A stretch of DNA of 63,568 nt, counting the filler, from Craspedostauros australis (taxonomy: Eukaryota), in assembly GCA_030167865.1 (NCBI GenBank). It is 9 parts of 9 records of this genome, joined end to end, with 100 filler letters (N's around TTAATTAATTAA, not from the genome) between each part and the next. Parts side by side here need not be neighbours in the genome. Positions count along the whole stretch, not along the records: positions 1 to 22,359 come from JALAGF010003306.1; 8 more parts are not named here. One strand, 5' to 3'. The translations under genes and the position numbers were made by a program. The notes under the pieces were generated by a model. It ran no database searches. It saw only the letters and a program-made list of their open reading frames with translations, and had not been told where the DNA came from. Positions 1 to 12,000 of the stretch are shown here, one piece after another; the first letter of the stretch is position 1; each line of letters starts with the position of its first letter.

Positions 1-5
1 CGCGT

Positions 6-3000
6 CTACGATAGATCGCTCAACGCAGAATGATCATCATCGTCGTCATCATCGTTGGTACCGCTGCCGGCCGCTCTGCTACCCTTGCTACCGGCGCTTA
101 CATGAGTTCCGCCCATGCCATTCGGTGAGGTGGGCGCTTGCTGCACTGACTTCGCGCCTGCAAATGTCCGGGCCATGGTATTTGTTGTTGGTGTGTACAC
201 AGACAACATGTCGAAGCTGGCTTTCGTCTTATCACGAATCTCGAAAGCAAATGCTTTGCCTCCGCCGACTCCATTCCACCCGCCTCTCTTCACCTGATCT
301 TCATCGATGTACTCGCCACGTCTATTGCGGAAGTCGGCGCACTTGGCGACACCACCCCAAGCCTGATAGAACCCCATCGCCTTCGTGAAGTATGGCCGCG
401 CCAGATCATTGCTATCGACGCTAGATGTCAAGACATGCTCGCCTGCCAATTCGCAGGCCAACCCGGCCTCGTGTAGCTGGCCCGCTCGCTCCGCACCATC
501 TATGGACGCTTCGTAGCAATTCCGGATATAGGTTGGCAACGAAGCACTTGACTTGATCGACTTCATCTCGGCCCGGAGCAGAAGGTAGCGGTTGATCGCA
601 GAATTGCCTTTCTCGTCACATATCTTCTTGAGCTCCTGTTTCTTCTGCCGGAGTATCTTCATGAACCTCTTCTGCTTCGTTTTCCGGTACCGATTGGACG
701 CCATCAATCCACAAAACATGATGATCATTGTTTGTATGGCGGCATCCGTTGACACAAGCTTGCCTGCCACCATCTTCTCGTAGAGCATCTCCGCAAATTC
801 GTACTTGCCGAAGTATATGGCGAGACACATCCGACTCCAGAACGCAGCGAATTGGAAGCGGAAGGCCGAATTTTCGTACTTCTTCCAATCCATGCATTCC
901 TGCCAATCGATGGGAAGCGCCCCCGCAATTTTTCTGGGTGCGCTGGTGTACTCGGTGATCGATTCGAAATGCCCATTCATTTTGTACATCTTCATTTGCT
1001 CGAAGACCGAGTCAATGGCAGGCAAGAGGCCGCCCAATGGGTAACCTTGGTTGAATGCGTGGAAGATGTATCCATAGTGAGCAAGGATCCCAATCTCAAA
1101 CTCACCCTTGGACATAGCAGAGCTGTAGGAGTACTGAAAGTCCGATGCAACTTCTGCTGGTGGCTTGGAGTATTGATCAATGAATGACGCGGCCAGGTAG
1201 TAGACGAAGCTCGTGTATCTATTGTTTTCGCCAACCTTCCGGATAATCTTCTTGGCCAATTCCACGTATCTGCGGGCATTCGTATACTCACCCAGCTTGT
1301 TATGGATCATCGCAAACGATACCATCGCATTCGCGCACTCCCCGCATATGCCCACCCGCCTTGTGATGTCGACGAGACGCGTTACGGTCAGAAGCCACGC
1401 CTTGGTATCATTGCACAAAAGCGTACGTGCAGTGAGCTGCCTCAGTAGGCTTATTGGCAACAGCGTCTGAGGGTCCGTGATGACAGTAGCATTCTCCAGA
1501 AACTCTTCATCTGACGTGCGACGAAAGTACGATCGCAATGACACCAGCTGGCGAAGGCCGCGCAAAAGGATGCCACGCTTTGGGTACAAGCTGCACATCT
1601 GCGCGCACTTCTTGCTCATTTGAAGGGACTTCTGGTGCTTGCCCTCTTTGGCCAGAGCTCTCGCCATGGCATCGTATGTGGGGAGCTTGTCGATGAGCGC
1701 CGTGGCATGCTTCAGCACCTCTTCACCAATTGAGTATCCCTGCTCATAGTTCCCCAGCAGAAGCTCAACGTCGCATCGTCCGCGTAACAGCCGGAGCGTC
1801 AGGTCGTAGTGACTTTGCCATGGATCGCACTTGAGCTTTCGCAGTGCGGTTGCGGCAATCTGCAGGTACGTCGCAGCCGGGACGAGGGCGGTCATCTGCA
1901 AAGCATGCTCTCCAGTGCGGAGGTTCCGTTGCATGGTTCGCAGGTGATCCTTGTCGGGTACGCAGTTCAGATGCTCTGCTGCAATGAACATCAGCCCCGT
2001 GTCGTTGGCGATCGAGGCGTGCACCCCGCCGTGTCCTGGGGTGCCTTGATTCGCCATGCTGGACTCCGCGCTCGTGCACAGCCCCCAAAGGCATTGGCCG
2101 ATGCGGAGCCGGAGCTTGGTCCGGGTCTCCCCAAACGGCACCAGGTCGTGGGCTGCCTGCTGGATGCGATCGTGTGCAAAGCGATACGTGGTTGCACCAA
2201 TCGAGTTGTGTAGCAGATCTTCCAGCACGGCCTGTTCCAGCAAGGCGAAAAGTGATCGGTGCTTTTGGTTCTTCGAGGCGTCGTCGGTGCTTTCACAAGC
2301 ATTCGCACCGGCGATGACATGTGCATTGGCATCGATACTCTCGAAGATGTCTTCGTGGACGTGGCCGTGACTGTGGCTATGATTTTGTTCATGATCCAAC
2401 ACAGCCTGCAGCAGGCTGACATCGAACGATGATCGGATGTAGGAGGCGATGGCCAGCACCCTCTGCATCTCGACGGACAGGGCCCTTAACTTGGAGGTGA
2501 CGAGATGCAGAACATCTCTCGAATCCCCAGGGAGAGTGTTTCGGCTCGCATCGCTATTCGCATTGAGATCGCTGTTAAGCTCCCACTGGAAGGAGATGCG
2601 ACTGTATGTCAGCTCGTTGTTTTGTTCCATGTCCTGCAGCAGCTGCACGGCGTGGAAGATGTTGCCTTTAGTCTGCTTGAAGAGGAAGTCGACGATGCTG
2701 TTGATCAGATCGATGGTGTATTCATCACGGGCGTCCTCTTCCTCTTCCTTGGCTTCGCTATGGTCATGACTATGACCACTTGCCAGCTCATGAGAAGTGG
2801 TTTCGTTGTCACTCTGGCGAAACAGCTGGGACACCCAGTCATGCAGCTCTTGTCGAGTGAAGTTGGCAAGCTGGACGCTGACGTATGGCAGCGCCAGGCT
2901 TATTGCCGTATCAACGCCGGGCGTGGCAACGGCTGGCAAGTCCTGCGGCTGTCCTTGCCGCATCTCGTCCAGCAGCTTCATGAATGGCAGGCTGGCGTCT

Positions 3001-4277
3001 GGATCCAACAGCTCATCGTGCGAATGAGGGTTGTACTCCTGCCGGATGGTGCCCATCCAAAGGAAGTGAGGTCGATGCAGCAGGGTGGACAGAAGGTTCA
3101 TGCTGTCCTGCGATGCCCACTGCAGATCATCCAATACCAGCACCAACGGACACGCCTTCGATGAAATGGCCGTCAGGAATTGGACGAACGCGTACTGAAA
3201 CGTGTTCCATGCTGTGTCGTTGTTGGGCATCTGCGAAGTCCGGGAGTTGGGATGTGGCTGTGCCTGTGACTGCGACTGTGTTCCTGATCCAAACTGTTGT
3301 GCATCCGCTCCGTCGTTGAAGAGGATGGACAGGGGCGGAATGAAGGTCTGCAAGAGCTCTGCTTGTTCCGATGTCATCTGGCTGGCTTTGACTCTGGTCC
3401 GCAACCGCTTGAGACTTGTATTCGCAGGTGTATTCATATGAGTATTGTCATTAGTGCCGTCCCCCCATGATATACTCTGTTTGCTATTGGCCATTCCATT
3501 CTGCTTGTCTGATCCTTTCCCAGCAGTGGATAGCAGCAACGAAGAACACCAATCGGAGAATGCTTGTGTGATGGCCGAGTAGGGATCGTTCTTCTGGTGC
3601 TGCTCGAACTTGCCCTTGATAATGTGAACGTTCACACCGTCGCTGCGGCGCTCGTTGCTGATGCGCTCGCAGAATGTGTCGACGAGGTGAGATTTGCCCG
3701 TCCCGCTGCCACCCCAGACGAAGGCGGCTGGAATGGATGGGTTTGACGTTGATGTTGGCATTGGCGTTGATGTTAATGTCGGCGTTGCTTCTGGCGTTGT
3801 GGACGCAGATGCACCGCGCTGCTTGCCTTGCGTCATCATCTGATCAAATGCATGCCGCAGCATCGCAAGCTCCTTCTTCCTGCAGTACGAATCAGAAGAA
3901 TTGGCGTTGCCACCGACGTTGCCGTTGTTGTTGGCTTTGAAGAGAGTGCGAGGCACGTCCATATTCAGTTCATGCTGGTTGTAGCCATCATCATAGAAGT
4001 TGTCACCCGATGTGAGAACCATCTCGTGCATGACAGAGGACGCCCTGCTCGACTTTCTCGCGGGTGCCGATGATGTTGAGAGGCTGTTGCTTGGGTTGGT
4101 CCTGGCGTTGGTACTGGCGGTGCTAGTGGCACTGGTTGCCGTTGTTGCTTCTGATGGAAGCATGGTCATCGGCATGGTGGAGGGAAGGCAGATACTGGTA
4201 GTGGTAGGACTGGATGCTGCTTGTGTTCGTGCTTGTGTTCGTTGTTGCGTGTGATTGTTTGTCACGATGGCCGCCAA
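6..4277 (-). CDS. STAND-class AAA ATPase (AAA_16-like) with C-terminal helical/TPR-like region, related to the ATPase core of bacterial Ser/Thr kinase-AAA-GAF-histidine kinase proteins
   Basis: 1423-aa ORF. Walker A GGSGTGKS, 'KGKFEQ...PYSAITQAF', Walker B LVLVLDDLQWA, 'TKGNIFH', 'YRFAHDRIQQAA' and C-terminal 'YQAWGGVAK'. Ser/Thr-rich N-terminus. First ATG is at about 4268. Confidence 0.8.
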   Translation of the reverse strand: MAAIVTNNHTQQRTQARTQAASSPTTTSICLPSTMPMTMLPSEATTATSATSTASTNARTNPSNSLSTSSAPARKSSRASSVMHEMVLTSGDNFYDDGYNQHELNMDVPRTLFKANNNGNVGGNANSSDSYCRKKELAMLRHAFDQMMTQGKQRGASASTTPEATPTLTSTPMPTSTSNPSIPAAFVWGGSGTGKSHLVDTFCERISNERRSDGVNVHIIKGKFEQHQKNDPYSAITQAFSDWCSSLLLSTAGKGSDKQNGMANSKQSISWGDGTNDNTHMNTPANTSLKRLRTRVKASQMTSEQAELLQTFIPPLSILFNDGADAQQFGSGTQSQSQAQPHPNSRTSQMPNNDTAWNTFQYAFVQFLTAISSKACPLVLVLDDLQWASQDSMNLLSTLLHRPHFLWMGTIRQEYNPHSHDELLDPDASLPFMKLLDEMRQGQPQDLPAVATPGVDTAISLALPYVSVQLANFTRQELHDWVSQLFRQSDNETTSHELASGHSHDHSEAKEEEEDARDEYTIDLINSIVDFLFKQTKGNIFHAVQLLQDMEQNNELTYSRISFQWELNSDLNANSDASRNTLPGDSRDVLHLVTSKLRALSVEMQRVLAIASYIRSSFDVSLLQAVLDHEQNHSHSHGHVHEDIFESIDANAHVIAGANACESTDDASKNQKHRSLFALLEQAVLEDLLHNSIGATTYRFAHDRIQQAAHDLVPFGETRTKLRLRIGQCLWGLCTSAESSMANQGTPGHGGVHASIANDTGLMFIAAEHLNCVPDKDHLRTMQRNLRTGEHALQMTALVPAATYLQIAATALRKLKCDPWQSHYDLTLRLLRGRCDVELLLGNYEQGYSIGEEVLKHATALIDKLPTYDAMARALAKEGKHQKSLQMSKKCAQMCSLYPKRGILLRGLRQLVSLRSYFRRTSDEEFLENATVITDPQTLLPISLLRQLTARTLLCNDTKAWLLTVTRLVDITRRVGICGECANAMVSFAMIHNKLGEYTNARRYVELAKKIIRKVGENNRYTSFVYYLAASFIDQYSKPPAEVASDFQYSYSSAMSKGEFEIGILAHYGYIFHAFNQGYPLGGLLPAIDSVFEQMKMYKMNGHFESITEYTSAPRKIAGALPIDWQECMDWKKYENSAFRFQFAAFWSRMCLAIYFGKYEFAEMLYEKMVAGKLVSTDAAIQTMIIMFCGLMASNRYRKTKQKRFMKILRQKKQELKKICDEKGNSAINRYLLLRAEMKSIKSSASLPTYIRNCYEASIDGAERAGQLHEAGLACELAGEHVLTSSVDSNDLARPYFTKAMGFYQAWGGVAKCADFRNRRGEYIDEDQVKRGGWNGVGGGKAFAFEIRDKTKASFDMLSVYTPTTNTMARTFAGAKSVQQAPTSPNGMGGTHVSAGSKGSRAAGSGTNDDDDDDDHSALSDLS

Positions 4278-5228
4278 CGTAGGTGCCTGGTTGTTCTGTC
4301 GTTGTCACTGTTGTCGGCGCTACGCTGTGGGCGTGTTTGCTTTCGTCTTGGGTTTGTCAGGTGGAAGTGCTGAGGAGGACTCTTGCTGTGGAGTGGCATG
4401 CAATCCTTCTCGGTGCTTCTTTTGGAATGACCGCTTGTGAGATTGGACCAGTCTTGCCGTCCGAATTTGTGAGTGTTGGAGTGGCAATTCCCTTGCGGTT
4501 TGGATGGAGGTAGATGGGAGGTTTATGCTCAAGGAGATCAGGTCCTCCGCTGTGATGTTGGTTGCGGAGGCCGAACCTGCACCAGGATGCCCAAGGCAGC
4601 CCCAAGAAAGAATGAGGCTTTTTCACTCTTCGGTACGATCCAATCACGTTCACCCTCCAGTGCGTCTTCCGCCCCACTGTTTGCGCAGCAGCGCAGAGGA
4701 GAGGAGAGGAAAGCCCGTCTTGATGTTGAACTTGTACTGGCTGGGAAATCGCGATTGGCATGATCAGGCCCACTTTTCCGGGCGGAGTGACCAACGTCCT
4801 TGCTTGGGTTGTCATGGACGATCGTGAATGCATGGAGTGGAGTTGTTGGCGCGAACAAAAGCCTCCGACGATAAGAAGCGCTGCGTTCTTTCATTCGCTG
4901 CGTTTTATCACAAACGGCGAAGAATGCCGTTGCGAAAATCAATTGTGTCAAGCGGAAGAATCACTCCCAAACTCCCGAGACGCAATCAAGAACCAGGAAG
5001 TGTTGTTGGCAGATGATGGATCAAGCTTCCACGAACACAAAAGCACACTCTTGCGCTCATGCCCCACTGCACACAAGTTCTGAGTGATGTGGAAGCGGCA
5101 CGACCCCAACAATCGAGGACAAGGAAAACGGAGTCACATCGACCAGGTGCAAGCATAATTAACTGCGCTTCAAATCTCCTCCATTCTCTCCATGCGTGAC
5201 AGGCTCAACTTCGTCTTTGGTGGCGTTG

Positions 5229-5320
5229 GAGACAGATGCGCTATCATTGCTGGTAGCATCGGAGACAGATGCGCTATCATTGCTTGCGCTATCATTGCTT
5301 GCGCCATCATTGCTGGTGGC
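5229..5320. repeat. Short imperfect tandem repeat with core GCGCTATCATTGCT (about 4 copies)
   Basis: Read directly: gagacagatgcgctatcattgct twice, then gcgctatcattgctt and gcgccatcattgct. Confidence 0.7.
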
Positions 5321-6626
5321 CTCGTTCGATCTGTACCAACTGGGGCGGCATCACAAAAAGAGACATCGAATACGCAATGGTCGTGAGTCAGGGAGGCGAC
5401 AAGGACATTGTGGTTGTTTTATCCTTCGTGGGAAATGAACGCCGCGAAAGTCCAATTTGCATGGGATGTACCTGTGGGATGTTGGTGCCGATCGGAGAGA
5501 AACCGCTCCCCCACAACTGCCCACACGATGCCAAATTGGAATTGGCGCCGATTTCCTCGTCTTCCATGGCTTCGATGAGGGTCTGTGCGAGAGCTGAAAG
5601 CTGAAACACTTCGAGGATGTATGGTAATATACGAATATGGTATTATATCATACGACCTTGACATACACAAGCTCGTTGAGAGTCATAACATACGAGCCAA
5701 GAGTACCCGCGCACCATCTCTCTTGTATTGTCCGACCAGCACCCCGCGTCGAAGCGTCGAAATGAAGGAGGCACAATTCCTTGGAGGACATGTGGCGGCG
5801 TGGACAACTGCAACCACAAGTGCAGAGTCGAGTCTGGTGTTATGGTTCGTACTCGACTTCTGTTGATGTTGGTGGCGAAGGTGATGGTCGCGCGTGCAGC
5901 CAACGAAGCAACAAGCAGTGGAGTGTGGCTCGTACTCTTACGTTCCCTTAGTGGTACGCACATGTCAGAACGAAACCAACCAAGATGGTCGTCGTTTTGT
6001 CCTGTCTGTCTGCATGGAGTACTTCGGCATGAGCTGTCTGTCTGCATTCACCACAACCGACGTCTTGTTGACAGTTTGTGCGAATTGATCAAGAACCTCG
6101 TTCTTGACGTTTCCGTGACTGACAACGTGATTCAATCAGTCACGTATGCCACAACAACAACAACGAATTCAAAAAGTTAACCGCCAAAACAACCAAATGC
6201 AGAAAGCAACGCTGCCCAGCCAGCCACGATGTGGAAGACCACGGTGCCGCTTTGCGCCCCTCTGCCATGCAAACACGGAGAGCCCCCAACCCATGCTCGT
6301 TGGACCCATCCATCACACGAGCGGAGGTGAGCCTGGCTCGTGGAATCCTCACCGAGTGCATGGAATGGAAGCGACGAGACATTCTATCGATTCCCTGCAA
6401 TCCGATTGTTCAGAATACGAGGACTGCTCGTGTCGTCGAGCCTGATGAACAAGCGAATCGATTGCTACACATGTGACAGACAGAGACGCATGGATACGAT
6501 ACTCAGAGAGACGTATATATAATAGTACGCATCACGATCTCGCACTACTATTGGTAGTAGGCTGAATCCAACCAACATCGCCATCGCCAACACCACTGTG
6601 CTTCTGCGAGCAGCATCGCAACAAAC

Positions 6627-8645
6627 ATGAAGATGCATTCGAGGAGCACGCTGGTGTGCTCCCTCGCGTTTGCGATCATTGGGTTTGTCGGCGACCTTCC
6701 CAACCTCGCCAATGCGCAGACAGATGCTGGAGTACGAGCAACAGTAGACACAGAAATAGAAGCGCCAGAAGCAGAAGCACGGAAGCAAACGGATCCAGCT
6801 GCTTGCGCCAATGGCGATGAATCACACTTAGAGGGATCCTGCCAGGTGCCGGCTGCACGACCAACCAACGGTGAAGGCAAGCATGAATCCGATTCTGCCA
6901 CCACGGACAACGCCAGCGAAGCTGCTTCCCCAAAGCCATCTGCACAATCAAGACCTCGCAGAGTGCCGGAAGGTTGCCAGATCGTATTGGCGCCCACTAC
7001 GCAAATACCGCCGCTCTCGTCGTCGAGCTCGGGCCAACAACAGAAACGGCAGGTTCGCACAAGTAGTAGCGAGGGGGGCCATCACCATGACTGGGGCGTC
7101 TTCACGCTCGTCCCTCGCAATCGAGGCGATCGCGCCTTGCATGGAGACGTCGTCCATCAGATCATTGATGCCGACCCGACATCGGTGTGGCATCAGTTCT
7201 ACCAAGGAGAAGGCAACCTCGTTACATCCCCCAAACTCACCGGTGGGCAATTCGAGGCGCAGTTATCCGTCCTCTCGGCGATACCGGGGATTGGAGCATT
7301 GACCCAACCGTCGGCGTCCAAAAATGTTCTCCCGTTCGTGCCGATGGTGGATGAAGCAGGGTTGACGCGGCAAAAGTACGCCGGCGCTGGTGCCGTCACG
7401 CATTACCACAACCTCACTTGGTTTGTCAGCAATCAGCGGGTGGAAGCTGGCGGAGAGCTATTCCGACCAAGCACGTCTCTGCAACGTCACCGCCAACGGC
7501 AGGAGGCAAATCATGATCTACCCGGAAATGCTCAGAAGCAGCAAGAGCAGCAGGGGCAACACACCAGCAGATCGCCGTCATGGTTGCGGGAAAATGGCTA
7601 CTGCTTGGACAACGCACAACCAAAACGAAAATCCAGACTTGAAGGGGCAGGCCGAGGCGTGTTTTCCAACAGAGCGATGAAGAAAGGCGACGTAGTTGCG
7701 CCCGTTCCAGTCGTTCCCATTCTTACGGAAGACTTGCGCACGGGAGGGAAACGAGGCAATCGACAACAGCTCGTGACCAATTACTGCTTCGGCCATCCCA
7801 ACTCGACAGTGCATCTGTACCCGTTCGGTCCGACTATTCATCTCGTGAATCATTACAACCGGCCGAATGCAAGGCTTCGATGGGCAGATCAATCAGTTGA
7901 AGCGTCGTCGCAAGAGACACAAACGTCGCTGACCACGCTACCTTCGCTGGATCAAATACGCACGAGATCAGCACCGAAGAGCATGCTGCTTGAATTGGTG
8001 GCGTTGCGAAATATACGGAAAGGTGAGGAAATCACGATCAACTATGGCAGGGGATGGGAGGACGCATGGTGGCGCCATGTACGGCGGTGGGAGTCCACGC
8101 ATGACCCAGAAAGCTCTGATGGAGCTTTCGCTCATGACCACTACGTGCCGGCCAGCGTCATTGATGATGCGGCCAAGACGATCCGCACTGAGGCAGAACA
8201 GAAGGAGAACCCGTACGAATCCAACGTGGTCATCACGTGCTTCTACCGTTACGGCGATCGCACCGAGTCCGAGCGACAGAAAGCCAAGGAGGCGTCGCTC
8301 AAGTCACCATCTCAGTCCGCCATCATCACGTACCGATGGAAGATGACTCGCGGGATCTACGATCTCAAAAACTTGCGACCGTGCAGCATCCTCAAACGGA
8401 AGCAGGGCGACACAGGACGATCAGCGTACGCGGTGCGAATGTTCAATCGACCGAACCACGACGAGAGTCACGACGATGATCGGATTCCGGAAGATCAATT
8501 GCATATCGTAACGCATATTCCAAGATCTGCGATCCGTTTCATGGACAAGCAGTACACGACGGATCAGCATCTGAAGCAAGCGTTTCGGCATCCAATCGGT
8601 TTGGAGGATAATCTGTTTCCGGCGGAATGGATGGATTTGACGTAA
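6627..8645 (+). CDS. Secreted/ER-targeted tandem SET-domain protein methyltransferase (diatom BacSET-like), paralog 1
   Basis: Signal-peptide-like N-terminus (STLVCSLAFAIIGFVG...ANA-QTD). SET motifs 'GAGRGVFS..AMKKGDVV', 'NYCFGH', 'HLVNH', 'LVALRNIRKGEEITINYG'. An upstream SET-like unit ('WGVFTL...GGELF') is also present. Colinear with 15020..16861. Confidence 0.8.
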   Translation: MKMHSRSTLVCSLAFAIIGFVGDLPNLANAQTDAGVRATVDTEIEAPEAEARKQTDPAACANGDESHLEGSCQVPAARPTNGEGKHESDSATTDNASEAASPKPSAQSRPRRVPEGCQIVLAPTTQIPPLSSSSSGQQQKRQVRTSSSEGGHHHDWGVFTLVPRNRGDRALHGDVVHQIIDADPTSVWHQFYQGEGNLVTSPKLTGGQFEAQLSVLSAIPGIGALTQPSASKNVLPFVPMVDEAGLTRQKYAGAGAVTHYHNLTWFVSNQRVEAGGELFRPSTSLQRHRQRQEANHDLPGNAQKQQEQQGQHTSRSPSWLRENGYCLDNAQPKRKSRLEGAGRGVFSNRAMKKGDVVAPVPVVPILTEDLRTGGKRGNRQQLVTNYCFGHPNSTVHLYPFGPTIHLVNHYNRPNARLRWADQSVEASSQETQTSLTTLPSLDQIRTRSAPKSMLLELVALRNIRKGEEITINYGRGWEDAWWRHVRRWESTHDPESSDGAFAHDHYVPASVIDDAAKTIRTEAEQKENPYESNVVITCFYRYGDRTESERQKAKEASLKSPSQSAIITYRWKMTRGIYDLKNLRPCSILKRKQGDTGRSAYAVRMFNRPNHDESHDDDRIPEDQLHIVTHIPRSAIRFMDKQYTTDQHLKQAFRHPIGLEDNLFPAEWMDLT

Positions 8646-9047
8646 CACTGAAAGACTCGTACGAATATGAATGCCAACATTCGACGAGGAGAGTAGAAGA
8701 TATGTATGATAAATATGCACCAGTACACCACCACTCACCGCGCGCGATAAATTCACGAAAGCACCAGTATGAAGAAGGCGAAGATAAACTCTTAGATTAG
8801 ACGACCTCAGCTCAGCTCAGTTTATGCCAGACAGAACTGTAGGTTGGATATTACGTAGTGTAACATTGCTTGCCGCTGGAAGGATAGACTACTCCTACGA
8901 CGGACACCAACAACTATGCGCAATGCCAAGGAGCGATCTCTCGATGAATTCCACTCGTATGCTCGTCTACTCGATACGAAGTCTACGCCTATCCGAATGT
9001 ATCGTCGTCGACGGGGTTAACTTTGTCTGCGTTTGCTGCCATTGGCT

Positions 9048-12000
9048 TCAGGCGGAAGGATCAAAAACACAAAAGTCGGTCCGAGAACCCAAGGGGCCAA
9101 TGCACCCAGGCACGGCATCATTCGCGTCTCTCTGAAAGCAAATGAGACCATCCGCGCAGTCACTATCTGCATCACAGTCGCCATGGCATCGCTGCAGTTG
9201 AAAGTGTTTGGGGTCTGGTGTTCCACCATGATCAACGATTCTGAGCGTTCCAAAAGTTGGCGTGCCGCTTGGAACCGCAGTGGGTTTGCTTGTCGGCGAA
9301 AATGATGGAAAACTAGATGGAGGAGAGGACGGTTGATTTGTTGGCATGCCAGTCGGTGCGCTGGACGGTTGCTGCGTCGGCAAGTGCGATGGAATGTCAG
9401 TGGGTACGTACGATGGTTCTGCAGATGGATTAGATGACTGCCGCCGCGTCGGTACGTTGGATGGTTCGACTGATGGTTCGACTGATGGTTCGATGGATGG
9501 TTCGATGGATGGCTCGATGGATGGTTCGATGGATGGTTCGATGGATGGTTCGATGGATGGTTCGATGGATGGTTCGATGGATGGTTCGACGGATGGTTCG
9601 ACGGATGGTTCGATGGATGGTTCGATGGATGGTTCGACGGATGGTTCGACGGATGGTTCGACGGATGGTCCCTTGGTTGAACTGCTAGACAGTGCTTCTG
9701 ACGGTTCACTTGATCTCAGTAAGGATGGGGCAGATGAAGCTTGATTCGTTGGGGTATGAGTAACCACGATTGAGGGGGACAACGATGGAACATTGGACGG
9801 AAAAGACGATCTTATCCTTGTTGGCGCACTTGTCGGCATCCTTGTCGGTAACGTTGTTGGCAATGCCGTGGAGATTTTTGAAGGCACGCTGGAGGGAAGA
9901 GGCGAGATACCTTCGGTCGGAACAGCAGTGTACTCTGTCCTGTTGGAGTCTGTTGGCAACTCGGATGCCAAATCGCTGGGTGACGGACTTCCCATGGGGC
10001 TGGGACGAGGCGTGGGTGAAGCAGATGTGGCATTCGCCATCATCCTCGGTGACCATGTTGGAACGAAAGTGTTCGGCGCGGCACTAGCGGGCGACAAGCT
10101 GGGCAACATGAACGGCTCGAACGTTGGTGGTGTGCTTGAAGACGCCGTCACGTTGATGGTTGGGCCTTCATCAACGATCGGTATCTGTTTGTCGATTGAT
10201 TCCAATGTGGGGCGCTGACTTGGAAAAGTGGAAAAGGCCTTGGTCGGATTGGAGCTGCCAAACGCGCTGGGCTGTCCGCTCGGGAGTTGGGATGGAGAGA
10301 GAGTTGGGGAGGTAGAGGGCTGCACGGTTGGCTCTTCACTTACAGCAACGGTTGGCGGGCTGGTTGGATGCCCTGTTGGAAGAGTAGATGGGATTGCGGT
10401 CGGTGATTGAGTTGGAGCCGCTGTTGGATTGGAAGTCGGCGCTGCCGTTGGTTGTGACGTTGGTCGGTCACTTGGAGATGCAGTTGGGCTGCGTGATGGA
10501 ATAGCAGTGGGAACGAAAGTTGGCGGGGAGGTCGGCGATGCTGTAGGTTGAGATGTTGGGCGCTCACTCGGAGTTTCAGTTGGGTTTAATGTAGGTTCGG
10601 TAGTTGGGAACGCAGTTGGTCTGGATGTCGGCGATTCAGTTGGAGCGCTGGTTGGGAGCTTGGTCGTGCAAGGACCGAGATCGCGCCTTCGCGTTGGATC
10701 CCTGATGCAAATATCTGTTCTGGGCGCGGCAGTTCCAAAGCAGCCAGGAACATCTTCTCCCTTGCTGCGTTGGAAGCAGATAAGGCCTGATGAGCAATCA
10801 CGATCGTAATCGCAATCTCCCGTGCAAAGCTGGATTGGTGTCTGAGGGCTGCTTCCCAGATCTTGCAGTGGGAGCTGTTCGATAGGAGACTCACCTCCTG
10901 CCTCTCCTTCGCTACATTCATGGTCGCAGAATCGTATTCTTCCATGGAATCCGACAAAGCCAGGAATCATGTTTGGTTCTGACCTGTCTGCGAAGTTCGT
11001 CGTTGTATATCCAAAGCCGTCCGACACAAGAATCGGGCACTGCGGACACGAGCCATCACGATAAGCCGGAGTTGTGCTTTGGCCGTCGAGCGCCTTGAAT
11101 TTGTAACCCGCTCCCGCTGTGGACCCAGCTGTATGAGGAGGAGTAGGAGCGGATAGGTCGATGCGAAATGAAACGAACGAACCTGCTAAGAGCTTCACGG
11201 TCTCTTGGAAGTCCGGTAAATAGGTGAACCGACCTCTGCCTGCTCCCTGCACTTTGGCGGTATCGAGCTCTGACCAGGAAGGGTTGTCAACGCCAAAGTC
11301 ATCGTCCGATACGAAATACTTGACCGTTTGGTACTCCGTGGATTCGAGAACGATGTCAATACCATGCACCCACGTCGTTTGTTGGGCGTCGACACGGAAG
11401 TGGAAGGATACCACATCATCGTAGTCGCGGATGTATTCATTCGTATCCACGTCCATCCAAACAGCGCATGCCAGCGGCAGCGATCCTGGGGGATGAAAGT
11501 CCACCCATGCACACTGAGTGTCCAATGCAGGCGAGTCCATGTCGCGAACTGAAACAACCATGCCGTCTCGCTCCGTGCTCGTGGTGTACGACTGCCCGCT
11601 GGAACTGAGTTTGGCTAACAGAGATGACGGTTGACGAGGATTTGCGGCTTTCTTCACTTGGGTCACTAAGACTGCGTTGTGACCCTCGTTGGTTTGGGAG
11701 TTGAAACCGATGTCTCTGTTGTATCCAACATAGTAGTTGTATTCGTCAGATTGAACGTCAATCCACATGAGCACGATCTGATCCGTTGCACTGCCATCGA
11801 TCTCGTAGTCAACAATTCCGCAGATTCGCTGCAATGTGGTCCCGCCATCCTGTATCCTGGCTGCTTGGTTTCCATACCAACCAAGCTGATAGCTCTTGGC
11901 TCCTGTGGAGGGCACCCGTTTATTGTCGGTCAAAGGCAACGACGAGTTTGGGTGAGAGAGCGAATGGGTCGCTTGATCATCCAAATTAGGCGACTGGAAT

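Noticed and set aside
9017..9744. (HPSN)n, (MDGS)n and (MVRW)n ORFs
   Set aside because: Alternative frames of the PSIE 12-bp repeat
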